From: Ignavibacteriota bacterium
GTDB lineage: Bacteria > Bacteroidota > Ignavibacteria > UBA10030 > CAVZMI01
Reading direction: 5' to 3'
Length of the DNA: 64,000 nucleotides
NCBI GenBank assembly: GCA_963776275.1
Contig: CAVZMI010000021.1
Location: 192,001 to 256,000, forward strand
The position numbers and the translations under genes were made by a program. The notes under the pieces are model-generated. The model saw nothing but the letters and a program-made list of their open reading frames with translations. It was not told where the DNA came from and searched no databases. Below, piece after piece: positions 31,858-41,418 of this stretch. The stretch's first letter is position 1. Each line of letters starts with the position of its first letter.

Positions 31858-32841
31858 ATGAAAAGCGCCCTTGTCACCGGTGGTACGGGTTTTATTGGAA
31901 GTCATCTGGTCGAGATGCTTCTGTCGAAGGGGTATCGGGTAAAATGCCTGATTCGAAAAACGAGTAGCCTGGAATGGCTAAAAAATCTGCCGGTCGAATA
32001 CTTTTATGGTGATCTATTTACAGCAGATGCGCTTCAGACTGCTGTTGGTGATGTCGAATATGTGTATCACCTTGCCGGTGTTGTCGCAGCAAAGAATCGT
32101 GATGGATATTTTCGAGGAAATCAGGGAGGAACTCGCAACATTCTTGAAGCAGTCCTTACTGCAAATCCCGGATTAAAAAAATTTATTTTTGTCAGCAGTC
32201 TAACAGCCGTTGGTCCCGCACTCGGTGATAATCCGGTAACAGAGGAGACCGTTCCGCACCCGATCACGGCATACGGTGAGAGCAAACTGGCTGCTGAGAG
32301 AGAAGTCATGGATCGATGGAGCACAATTCCGGCTGTTATCATTCGTGCGCCGGCAGTCTATGGTCCGCGTGACGTCGGAATCCTGACATTTTTTCAGACG
32401 ATCAATAAAGGACTCGAACCGCTAATCGGTTTTCATGAAAAAAAAGCAAGTCTTGTCCATTCAACCGATCTTGTCAATGGTATTATATTGGCTGGTGAGA
32501 ATGAAAAAGCGGTTCGTACTTCGTATTTCATCGGAAGTGAGAGAGGTTATACCTGGAGCGAGCTTGGTGCACTGACTTCACGTTTATTGAACAAAAAAAC
32601 GATTAAGATCAAAATTCCCCATTGGATTGTTTTCGCGATTGCAGGTATTTCAGGAGTGGTAGGTAATTTGGGTAAGAAACCGCCGATTTTCAATTTCGAA
32701 AAAGGAAAAGACATTACAAGGCCGAACTGGACATGCTCGATAGAAAAAGCAAAAAGAGAGTTGGAATATAGACAGACCATAGCGGTCGAACAGGGTTTTT
32801 GGGAAACTATTAAGTGGTATAAACAGCAAGGATGGCTTTGA
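31858..32841 (+). CDS. NAD-dependent epimerase/dehydratase (extended SDR), possible ceramide reductase
   Basis: TGGTGFIG, HLAG, YGESK and VYGPRD motifs. Confidence 0.8.
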   Translation: MKSALVTGGTGFIGSHLVEMLLSKGYRVKCLIRKTSSLEWLKNLPVEYFYGDLFTADALQTAVGDVEYVYHLAGVVAAKNRDGYFRGNQGGTRNILEAVLTANPGLKKFIFVSSLTAVGPALGDNPVTEETVPHPITAYGESKLAAEREVMDRWSTIPAVIIRAPAVYGPRDVGILTFFQTINKGLEPLIGFHEKKASLVHSTDLVNGIILAGENEKAVRTSYFIGSERGYTWSELGALTSRLLNKKTIKIKIPHWIVFAIAGISGVVGNLGKKPPIFNFEKGKDITRPNWTCSIEKAKRELEYRQTIAVEQGFWETIKWYKQQGWL

Positions 32842-32918
32842 AATCTTGATTCTGAGTCCATTTTTAGCTATTTTATATTTTCTTAAGGGCTCAAGAGAGA
32901 CGGGAAGGAAAGATAAGA

Positions 32919-33003
32919 TAAAATTAAAAAGGAAAAATTAAAAAGGAAAAATTATTTATAAGAGTGCTTTATTTCTCCCTTTTTTTAATTTTTACTTTTT
33001 ACT
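32919..33003. repeat. inverted heptamer arrays (TAAAAAG/GAAAAAT vs TTTTAAT/TTTTACT)
   Basis: Read directly. The same arrangement recurs at 33247-33280/34457-34486 and 34588-34670. Confidence 0.75.
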
Positions 33004-33019
33004 TGCTTTTATCATTGAC

Positions 33020-33237
33020 GACCCCGTAGCTCAACAGGATACCTGCCCGCCGACTGCGTCAGCAGGCAGGGGGGGAGCAACAGCCTTCTAAGTCCCATTC
33101 CGACCGAACTTCGTGAACAGATTGAGACGAAGTTCGCAGTCGGAATGAGGATCCCGATTCTTTGAATTTTTAGGGCATATCGGGACTGTAGGTTGCGCGT
33201 TTTCTCCCGCTTTCAGCGAGACGTGAGGCCGGGGTCA
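33020..33237 (+). pseudogene. tRNA-Arg(UCU) copy interrupted by three palindromic insertions
   Basis: Collinear with the intact tRNA at 34503 once 33042-33074 and 33093-33185 are removed; the T-arm is replaced at 33202-33227. Confidence 0.85.
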
Positions 33238-33283
33238 CAAAGTCAGGAAGTAAAAAGGTAAAATTAAAAAGTAAAAAGTATTT

Positions 33284-34428
33284 TGTATTATTAAGGAGAT
33301 GTGTTTACACACATCAGTTAACTGTTCTTTGAAATGAAGGTCATTGGAAGGACTTCGAGTTGTCGTATACTTGTGTCTGGATAGGACACAAGGACAACCG
33401 GGAGATCTCCAATGACCACAGACGATCTGATCATTAACCAGCGTCGATCGTTATTAATCTACGCTGAACGTCACGGTGTGAGCCAAGCATGCCGTACTTT
33501 TGGGATGAGCCGAACGAGCTTCTACAAAATAAAAGCACAGTTCATCAAAACAGGGTCATTAGCTCCAAAGGTACGACGAAAGCCTAAAATGCCCAATGAG
33601 ATGGCACTGAGCAAGAAAAAACTCTTACTAGAACTCGTCCAAGAACATCCAGCATGGGGACCACGACGATATGCCTATATTTTTCAACAGCAAGGCATTT
33701 CCGTTACTCATGTGGCGCTCTGGTACCACCTAAAGCGTTTTGGTCTGAATCGTCGCTATCAACGATTGGTCTATCTTGAACGTGCTCGTATGGACAACCG
33801 ACCATTGACCGAACAAACGTTACGCGTGATGAAACGTCAGATCAACAAAGTCAATGAAGGACTCTGGCCGGGGCATATTGTCGCTCTAGATACCTTTTAC
33901 GTGGGTCATCTCAAGCGTGTTGGACGAATCTACCAGATCTCTGGTATTGATCTGTGCTCTCGCTATGGCTGGGCAAAACTCTACACTCGTAAAGATCAAT
34001 CAGCAACGATCGATTTGGTCGAAAATGTGCTTATCCCGAAGTTCTACGACAACGGTATCAATCTCGAGTATGTACTGACGGATAATGGCACTGAGTTCAC
34101 CGGCAGTCAATTCCAGCGTATGCTTGCTGCTTATGATATCAAGCACAATCGAATACCCAAAGGCAAGCCGATCCTTAATGGCACCTGTGAACGTTTTCAA
34201 AGAACAATCCTGGAAGAGTTCTATCAACCAATGTTCCGTACTCGATTCTTCAATTCTCTTCCAGAGTTACAACAAGCTCTTGATAAATATTTATGGTATT
34301 ATAATTTTCAACGTGCTCACTTCGGACTAGCTAAAAAAGGGGCTATTCCGATTGATGTATTTAAATCTAAACATAGTGCTTTACGACAACAATTTCAAAA
34401 ACTGTTAACTTGACTCTTTAGCAGTACA
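33284..34428 (+). mobile_element. IS481-family insertion sequence (1145 bp)
   Basis: TGTA...TACA ends, imperfect 26-bp IRs (17/26 match), 7-bp direct repeat AGTATTT at 33277-33283 and 34429-34435. Confidence 0.85.
33412..34413 (+). CDS. IS481-family DDE transposase
   Basis: N-terminal HTH (GVSQACRTFGMSRTSFYK) and rve core (LDTF, LTDNGTEF, NGTCERFQRT, YNFQRAH). Confidence 0.9.
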   Translation: MTTDDLIINQRRSLLIYAERHGVSQACRTFGMSRTSFYKIKAQFIKTGSLAPKVRRKPKMPNEMALSKKKLLLELVQEHPAWGPRRYAYIFQQQGISVTHVALWYHLKRFGLNRRYQRLVYLERARMDNRPLTEQTLRVMKRQINKVNEGLWPGHIVALDTFYVGHLKRVGRIYQISGIDLCSRYGWAKLYTRKDQSATIDLVENVLIPKFYDNGINLEYVLTDNGTEFTGSQFQRMLAAYDIKHNRIPKGKPILNGTCERFQRTILEEFYQPMFRTRFFNSLPELQQALDKYLWYYNFQRAHFGLAKKGAIPIDVFKSKHSALRQQFQKLLT

Positions 34429-34502
34429 AGTATTTATAATAGCGTTCGATTTCTCTCTTTTTAATTTTTACTTTTTAATTTTTACTTGCTTTTATCATTG
34501 AC

Positions 34503-34576
34503 GACCCCGTAGCTCAACTGGATAGAGCAACAGCCTTCTAAGCTGTAGGTTGCGCGTTCGATTCGCGCCGGGGTCA
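34503..34576 (+). tRNA. tRNA-Arg(UCU)
   Basis: Full cloverleaf; anticodon arm ACAGC-CTTCTAA-GCTGT; TTCGATT T-loop. Confidence 0.95.
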
Positions 34577-34687
34577 CAGGATTAGGAAGGAAAAATTAAA
34601 AAGTAAAAAGGAAAAAGTATCTGATATGACTTTCAATTTCTTTTACTTTTTAATTTTTACTTTTTCCTTTTTGTTTTATGCTAAGAT

Positions 34688-34762
34688 GGTGACCATAGTT
34701 CAGTTGGTTAGAACGCCAGATTGTGGCTCTGGAGGTCGTGGGTTCAACTCCCACTGGTCACC
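34688..34762 (+). tRNA. tRNA-His(GUG)
   Basis: G-1, anticodon arm CCAGA-TTGTGGC-TCTGG, C discriminator. Confidence 0.95.
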
Positions 34763-34790
34763 CTTGTAAATGGTGAATTGTGAATAGTGA

Positions 34791-35030
34791 GTAGTGAATG
34801 TTTCTGTGGCTGGTTAAAGGAAAACCATTCACTATGTGTGAGTTAAGTGAGTAGTGAATGTTTCTGTGGCTGGTTAAAGGAAAACCATTCACTATGTGTG
34901 AGTTAAGTGAGTAGTGAATGTTTCTGTGGCTGGTTAAAGGAAAACCATTCACTATGCGTGAGTTAAGTGAGTAGTGAATGTTTCTGTGGCTGGTTAAAGG
35001 AAAACCATTCACTATGCGTGAGTTAAGTGA
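34791..35030. repeat. tandem repeat, 4 x 60 bp, each unit a hairpin
   Basis: Unit gtagtgaatgtttctgtggctggttaaaggaaaaccattcactatg(t/c)gtgagttaagtga; a partial fifth unit extends to about 35057. Confidence 0.9.
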
Positions 35031-35126
35031 TTGGATGACTCCTTAAAGGAAAACCATGCGGGGTGTAACCTGTTTTCGTTCTATACTATATAGACCGATC
35101 ATCAGGATTCAATTTTCACACTTCAT

Positions 35127-35495
35127 ATGGGAAATGCTGAGTTTGCTGAGACTTTAAGGTGCAGGACGAAGCGATTTGCCCTTGATATCATCCGACAAAC
35201 CGAAGATATAACAAAATCGGCAACATCAGAGATCATCAGGAAGCAAATAATTCGGTCAGCGACATCCATTGGAGCGAATTATCGATCAGCGTGCCGTTCA
35301 CGCTCCAAAGCCGATTTTATTGCAAAAATCCGGATTGTAGTAGAAGAAACCGACGAGACTTTGTATTGGTTGGAACTCTTGTGCAATTTGAAATTATTGA
35401 GCCCGGAGGAGTATTCACCAATCCATAGAGAAGGTGAGCAACTAATTGCAATCTTCGTAACCTCGATCCAAACAGTGCAACGCTCATTAAAATAA
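35127..35495 (+). CDS. four-helix bundle protein (23S rRNA IVS protein / Avd-like family)
   Basis: QIIRSATSIGANYRSACRSRSKADFIAKI.IVVEETDETLYWLELL signature. Confidence 0.9.
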   Translation: MGNAEFAETLRCRTKRFALDIIRQTEDITKSATSEIIRKQIIRSATSIGANYRSACRSRSKADFIAKIRIVVEETDETLYWLELLCNLKLLSPEEYSPIHREGEQLIAIFVTSIQTVQRSLK

Positions 35496-35559
35496 TAATA
35501 AGGTTTTTTATCGCCATCTAAACATTCACAATTCAGAATTCACTATTCACCATTTACAT

Positions 35560-35632
35560 GTCCCCATCGTCTAGTGGCCTAGGACATCGCCCTTTCACGG
35601 CGGTAACACGAGTTCGACTCTCGTTGGGGACA
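35560..35632 (+). tRNA. tRNA-Glu(UUC)
   Basis: Cloverleaf; anticodon arm TCGCC-CTTTCAC-GGCGG; TTCGACT T-loop. Confidence 0.95.
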
Positions 35633-35839
35633 CTTGTAAATTGCGAATTCAGAATTGTGAATGGTGAGTTAAAAGCGTGCATTGAAGGAGTTCGGAAAAT
35701 ACATCAATAGCATTGTAGTCGGGCACATATACAATTCACTTCCGGCAGCGAGTCGGAGGCTGAATTGTGAGTATTGAAGATATCGAAGAACCGGTTCTCT
35801 GTTACAGACTCTTTTTAATCAGAATTTAAATATACCAAT

Positions 35840-38373
35840 TTATTTTCTTCCTACTGTTACTTTCACCTCATATTCCGGTATCACTGAGATTGAATCTACA
35901 CCTGCGATTTGAGTCGATCCCTTAAAATCCGGCAGGCAGGATTTTGGAAGATACAGTGGCGCATCGCTCCGTATCGGAAGTATTTTCAGATCGACTCCCT
36001 TGGAAAATATATCCGGTGTCAGTCGTTTCAACCCAATTTGCCACGTTGTTCCGTTATAAAAATTATCTGTCACTAACCGCGTGCCTCTATATAACCTGCC
36101 AATGTCTCCTGTGTAACCGATATTCAGAAATACCTCGCTGAAATCTGCATCCTCGTTTTTTGTTACTTTCACGAGCCAGATGCCGCATTTGTCAAATACG
36201 GAATCATCCGGCGTGGTTGCCACCACACAGTTGCGCCAATCGACAAATGGTCCCATCTTTACCGGAGATACCGCCTGCGGCTTCCGGATCTGCTCATAGC
36301 TTTTGAATATTTTCTTTTCTTTCACCATTGATGTATAACGACTGAATACTCCATCGGTACCGGACCTTTTTACAGACACGGCAGAGAGACTATGAATTCC
36401 GACCGATGGAAAAAGAGAAAAAGTAAACGCATTCACATCGCGCGAACGTAAACAGATTTTATCCCCATCAGCAAAGACATCAGCGTCCGTCATCAGCAGA
36501 TAATCTTTTCCGTTTACTGGAATTTTCCATGAGTTGCATGCCTGTTGCTGCGAAAAAAGAAAGACACGGACCTTTTTTCCGGATACAGTTGTCAATTCCA
36601 TCGCCGGCGTTGTAGAGGAGCGCATGCCGTCGACGCAGATGAGTTTATCAACATGTGAGATTCTTCCAGTCTGTGATTGTAACGTCTTCACCGTCGATTC
36701 GACAAAGATAAATTCTGCGGCAATACCGGCAGAGCTGATAAAAAAGTAGTTGACCGTCGTTCCATCGTCGATCATGGTGAACGGCTGGGCGGTTGCATAC
36801 AGCAAGCAAGAACCATTAAGGTCCATATTCAGCGGCCAGAAAAAACATGACTGCGACAAAATATCAACCGGTTTTCTGGGAATCATGATAGTTTCCGTGG
36901 GTAACATCACTTTTACCTGGATACCCTTTTGAATCGGCATAGGATAATTGCGAAGATAGTTGTTCACGAAAAGAAATCCGCTGTTACCTGACGTACGCGC
37001 CGAGACACGAAGTGTGGTTGTATCTCGCTGTCCGGAGGGCATGACATCCGGAAGCACTGCTCTCATGGGTGCCAGAATGGATCCAAAGTCCTTAATGAAT
37101 TGGTGAATCACTTTTAATGGACGAAATGAATCGTTTAATTGTCCGTATTCACGCAACGGCGCCTGAAAATCATACGAGACAACCGGCACATCGTTCGGAT
37201 AACCGGTTGCCTGAGATTCCTGAAGAGTGGTTCTCTTGCCATCAGGATTCGACCCTCCGTGATACATGTAATAACCAATAAGATTTACTCCGGAACCAAG
37301 TGCCGTCAATGCAATGGGCGGGATATCTTCCCCAGACACTCTGACTCGGCGATGGTATGTGACCTGCATTCCCGCTCCGAGTTCTGCGGTACACATCGGG
37401 TAATGCCAGAGTTGAACGTCTTCTTCCGAAGTCGAGGCTCCCTGCGTAATTCCCACGTCACTGTTAATCGGGGTTAAATGAAACTGATAGACATGCTGTG
37501 GATCCGGAGGTAATTCTGCTTTGCTTCCGGACCAGGCCTCGTCGGGGTATCCGCCGAACACCGGAATAACGATATGAGGCGGAACCACGGCGTTGTCCCA
37601 GCCCGTAATTGTATAGAGTGGAACGTCAATTCCTGCGCCAACCGCCATGTTTTTGAGTTTTATTATATGAGCCGCCCCGCCAGTCGGCGCGCGATTCGAA
37701 TATTCGTTCTCAAGCTGTATGCCGATGACAGGTCCGCCATCTTTCCATAATAATCCTTTCAATTGCTTTCCAATTTCATGATAGAATTTTTGGGTGTAGG
37801 AGAGATAGAGGGAATCATTCACACGTGTCTGGCATGCATGCAGTAACCAATCAGGTAATCCGCCGTTTCGGACTTCTGCATGAGACCATCGACCGATACG
37901 CGGAAAAACATACAGGCCATGTTTCGCACACAGTCCGACAAATTTACGCAGATTCTTCCGGCCGGGCAGCATTCAAATTGTCCTTCCAACTCTTCATGAT
38001 GGATCCAGATAATGTACGTCGAGACGACTTGTATTCCGCCCGCTTTCATTTTAAGAAGTTCTTCTTCCCAGTACTTCTCCGGAAAACGGGTGTAATGAAA
38101 CTCGCCCATAACCGGCAACCACGGTTTTTTGTCCAGCAGGATATATCGGCTGTTCACAGAGAGTTGATGCCCGGTTGGGGAGATCCCCGCCTTTATGCTT
38201 CCCATTTGGAGATATCCCGTTTCAGGGGGCGATATCGGAGCGCTTGCATCAATTGAAAATATCGTACCGTCGGTTTTATTTGTCTGTGCAAGAAGGCCCG
38301 CGATTGAAAACAGGGTTGAGAACGCGATCATCGCGAGGCAGCGAGATTCTTTGTAGTTGACGAATGGTATCAA
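35840..38373 (-). pseudogene. GH35 beta-galactosidase, frameshifted near 37975
   Basis: ORF 37819-38373 has MGEFHY...KMKAGG...WIHHEE. ORF 35840-37972 continues RIG.WSHAE.RNGGLPDW, IQLENEY, YYMYHGG and SYDFQAP. Confidence 0.8.
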
Positions 38374-38400
38374 AATTCACCTTGCTCATTGATCGATGTA

Positions 38401-39723
38401 TTATTTTACAATCAGTGTCTTCGCTATTTTTCGATGTATGTTTGTCAATTGGACAAAATATATCCCCGGACTCATCCTGAGGCTTCTTATAGTAATATTA
38501 TCGTTGTTCTGAGCCGTGGTTTCAAATAGTTTTTGTCCATTCACAGTAAATATTTTGATAGAAGTAGGAATGGTTTTATCTTTCAGAGTGATCATAAAAT
38601 TCTGTCCGGCACCGACAGGATTTGGATAGACGCTGACACCATCACTTTCATTGTTATACCCTTGATTTCTTGGTGCATCCTCTTTCACAGATGTCGAAGA
38701 TGAATCGCCACTTTCCAGAAATGCGTCCAGAGCGACAGTCGGTTTCTTGGTCACCGGGCCCCATGCCCCGAGCTTGTAACCCTGCCAGTTATAGCATTCA
38801 GGTTCCCAATATATAACACCTAAACCATTCACCGATTTTGTTTTTTCTATGAGGTTCAGCAGAAAATGATTCGCCGTAACCGGATCATTGTAGAGATATC
38901 CCGTTTCCACAACCATTACCTTAGTTTGATATCTCGCGATCATGTCTTGCATGGTCAGTAATGACATACTATCATCTGTTTGCCATGACAATCCGGCCCA
39001 GTACGGGTACACCGACATTCCAATGATATCCCACGCAGCTCCGTTATTTTTTAAACCGTCGAATATCCTTCTGTACATGCCATCATTATGACCGTCCGAA
39101 AGATGAACAATAACCTGGATTGTGCTGTCGACAGCCTTCATTGCGTTGTAACCACTTTTAATCATGGCAGCAAAATTATCCATATGGGTTGAAGCCCTTC
39201 CATCCTCCCATAACATCCCGTCATTCGTTTCATTTCCAATCTGCACCCACGCCGGTATAACCCCAATTGATTTCAACGTATCGACTACATCATAGGTGTG
39301 ATTATAAATATCCGTAAGGAGTTGTGGAACTGTATGATGCAACCATGCAGCGGGCTTATTTTGTTTGCCGGGATCAGCCCATGTGTCGCTGTAATGAAAA
39401 TCCAGCATGACTTTGAAACCCATACTATCGGCCCGATGCGCCATTGTCGCTACATCTTTTTTCCCGCACCATCCACCCACAGGATTTACCCAAACTCTGA
39501 AACGGAGCGCATTAATCCCCTTCTCCTTCAGGATTGCCATACAATTTTCTTTCACTCCGGAATCGTTATAAAAAACGTAACCGTAAGATTCCATTTGCGA
39601 CAGCCAGCCGATATCGGCACCGTTCGCAAATTGCGCTTTCGCTTCTCTCGGAAAATGCAAACCAAAGAACAGGATAATGAACAACAGAATATTTTTCAGA
39701 AAGAATAATTCGTTTTTCTCCAT
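38401..39723 (-). CDS. GH53 endo-beta-1,4-galactanase with T9SS sorting domain
   Basis: GADIGW, RVWVNP, DFHYSDTWADPGKQ, QIGNE, VVETG and YWEP motifs; C-terminal VYPNP CTD. Confidence 0.9.
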   Translation of the reverse strand: MEKNELFFLKNILLFIILFFGLHFPREAKAQFANGADIGWLSQMESYGYVFYNDSGVKENCMAILKEKGINALRFRVWVNPVGGWCGKKDVATMAHRADSMGFKVMLDFHYSDTWADPGKQNKPAAWLHHTVPQLLTDIYNHTYDVVDTLKSIGVIPAWVQIGNETNDGMLWEDGRASTHMDNFAAMIKSGYNAMKAVDSTIQVIVHLSDGHNDGMYRRIFDGLKNNGAAWDIIGMSVYPYWAGLSWQTDDSMSLLTMQDMIARYQTKVMVVETGYLYNDPVTANHFLLNLIEKTKSVNGLGVIYWEPECYNWQGYKLGAWGPVTKKPTVALDAFLESGDSSSTSVKEDAPRNQGYNNESDGVSVYPNPVGAGQNFMITLKDKTIPTSIKIFTVNGQKLFETTAQNNDNITIRSLRMSPGIYFVQLTNIHRKIAKTLIVK

Positions 39724-39879
39724 GCCTCCCCCTCTATTCTACCAATTGTCGTACTAATTATTTTCTCGTTCTTCAATCAAAAAACATCTTCACAGAGAAT
39801 GCCGAACTTTTTTTCCACCAAAAACAATCTCCATACCGTGATCTGAAGTGTCCATCAATTGTTGTGAAGATCTATAGTA

Positions 39880-40881
39880 TCATGTTGATTCTCTAATGAT
39901 TAATTTTGTCTCAATAATTTGTGTTCTTGATTTCGTTCGTTCTCCGTTGATCATCTCCAGAAGCATTGATCCGGCCTTTTTCCCCATTTCATACGGGAAC
40001 TGATCGATAGTGGTAAGTGTCGGATGAATCATCGATGTGATGACATTATTCGAAAAACCTATTACGGCGATATCATCGGGAATGGTTAAATTCGCTTCCT
40101 TAATTCTTTGGTAAGCCCCTATGGCTACCGGATCATTTACAGCAAAAAGTGCATCTGGAATTAAATTTTTCCGTAGAAGCGCATCCATGGAATTATAACC
40201 GAACGACTCATCCAAATCTCCTGCTACAATAAAATCGTCAATGATCGGAAGATCAGTAACGCGCAGAGCATCGAGATATCCTTCCAGCCTTTTTTGGCAT
40301 ATTTGAAGTGTCATCGGCCCCGCGAAGTGCGCGATTCTTCTCCGACCTTTGTCTATGAGATACTTGACCGCATTAAAAGAACTTTTATAATCGTCAATAA
40401 TAACTTTATCCGTGTCGATATCGTCCCACACACGGTCAAAAAATAAAAGTGATATTTTATGTTTCAATAAATGTCGAAAATGTTCTCCCGACTTTGTGTT
40501 CTGAGAAATAGAGGCGATCACACCAGCGACACGGTGCTGCATAAGGAGATTCGTATTTACAACCTCCCGTTCATAGCTTTCATTTGACTGACAAAGGATG
40601 ATTGTATACCCGGACTTGTAGGCAATCTCTTCTATTCCGCTTATGGCCGATGAAAAAAAATCGTGCCGTATTTCAGGGACGATCACACCAATAGTTTTTG
40701 TGCGATTACTTTTAAGGCTCTGTGCTATGACATTTGGGGCATAATGAAATTGTCGCGCCACATTTCTTACTCTCTCTTTCGTCGAATCTTTGATATCGGG
40801 ATGATCATGGAGTGCCCGAGAGACTGTCGAAGGAGATAACTTAAGCCTCTGTGCAATATCGATTATTGTCTTTTGTTTCAT
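39880..40881 (-). CDS. LacI family transcriptional regulator
   Basis: TIIDIA...SPSTVSRAL HTH plus periplasmic-binding-type core. Confidence 0.95.
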   Translation of the reverse strand: MKQKTIIDIAQRLKLSPSTVSRALHDHPDIKDSTKERVRNVARQFHYAPNVIAQSLKSNRTKTIGVIVPEIRHDFFSSAISGIEEIAYKSGYTIILCQSNESYEREVVNTNLLMQHRVAGVIASISQNTKSGEHFRHLLKHKISLLFFDRVWDDIDTDKVIIDDYKSSFNAVKYLIDKGRRRIAHFAGPMTLQICQKRLEGYLDALRVTDLPIIDDFIVAGDLDESFGYNSMDALLRKNLIPDALFAVNDPVAIGAYQRIKEANLTIPDDIAVIGFSNNVITSMIHPTLTTIDQFPYEMGKKAGSMLLEMINGERTKSRTQIIETKLIIREST

Positions 40882-40940
40882 TGTAAATGATGCTCAGAAT
40901 TCTTGACCCTTATTGAAAAGGCTATTACATGAAAAATAGA

Positions 40941-41240
40941 TCATTTCACCAGTATCATTTTTTTTAGGAATTGAAATCAACCACCTCAATCCTGTAAAGA
41001 TAAATCCCGGGAACCAGATTCTCCGCGTCAAATTCCGTCGAATATATGCCCTCGTCGAATTTGACGTTAACCGGAGTTTTGAAGACCTGGCCGAGAATAG
41101 TATACACCACCAATAGTATCTATGGGGTTCTCGGCACGGAAAAATCACTTCGCATTGTGGGATTGAACAGATTCGGAAAGTTCTGTAGTAACGAATACCG
41201 AATCGACATTGTGCGGATCGCGTTTATTTTCTCCCCTGAA
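40941..41240 (-). pseudogene. degraded T9SS C-terminal sorting domain remnant
   Basis: Manual translation YSLLQNFPNLFNPT...*ILLVVYTILGQ...GIYLYRIE, then a frameshifted KKMILVK*. Confidence 0.65.
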
Positions 41241-41418
41241 ATCTTCGGTATACTATAGATTACAATTGATCACATATGACGAAAAAAAAGGTGCTCCGTG
41301 AATTCATCTTCTACGATCGTCTCCACAAGCTGCTTTCCGGACCAGGTTTCAATAAAGGCACGTGTACAACAGCAGATGCACTGTTATACACGTGCATTAA
41401 ATCGCTTGAGAGTGACGC

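Larger units (their letters stand above)
34765..35558. mobile_element. inverted-repeat-bounded four-helix-bundle module in the His-Glu tRNA spacer
   Basis: 21-bp IR with 1 mismatch (34765-34785 / 35538-35558) abutting both tRNAs. Confidence 0.5.

Noticed and set aside
33093-33185. Group I/II tRNA intron
   Set aside because: Too short, consists of simple hairpins, lies at a non-canonical position and has no core motifs.
34758-35012. Repeat-containing 84-aa ORF
   Set aside because: A by-product of the 60-bp repeat, antisense to the tRNA operon.
34791-35030. CRISPR array
   Set aside because: Units are identical end to end with no unique spacers, and there are no cas genes.
35127-35495. Diversity-generating retroelement (Avd)
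   Set aside because: No reverse transcriptase and no TR/VR pair seen in the window.
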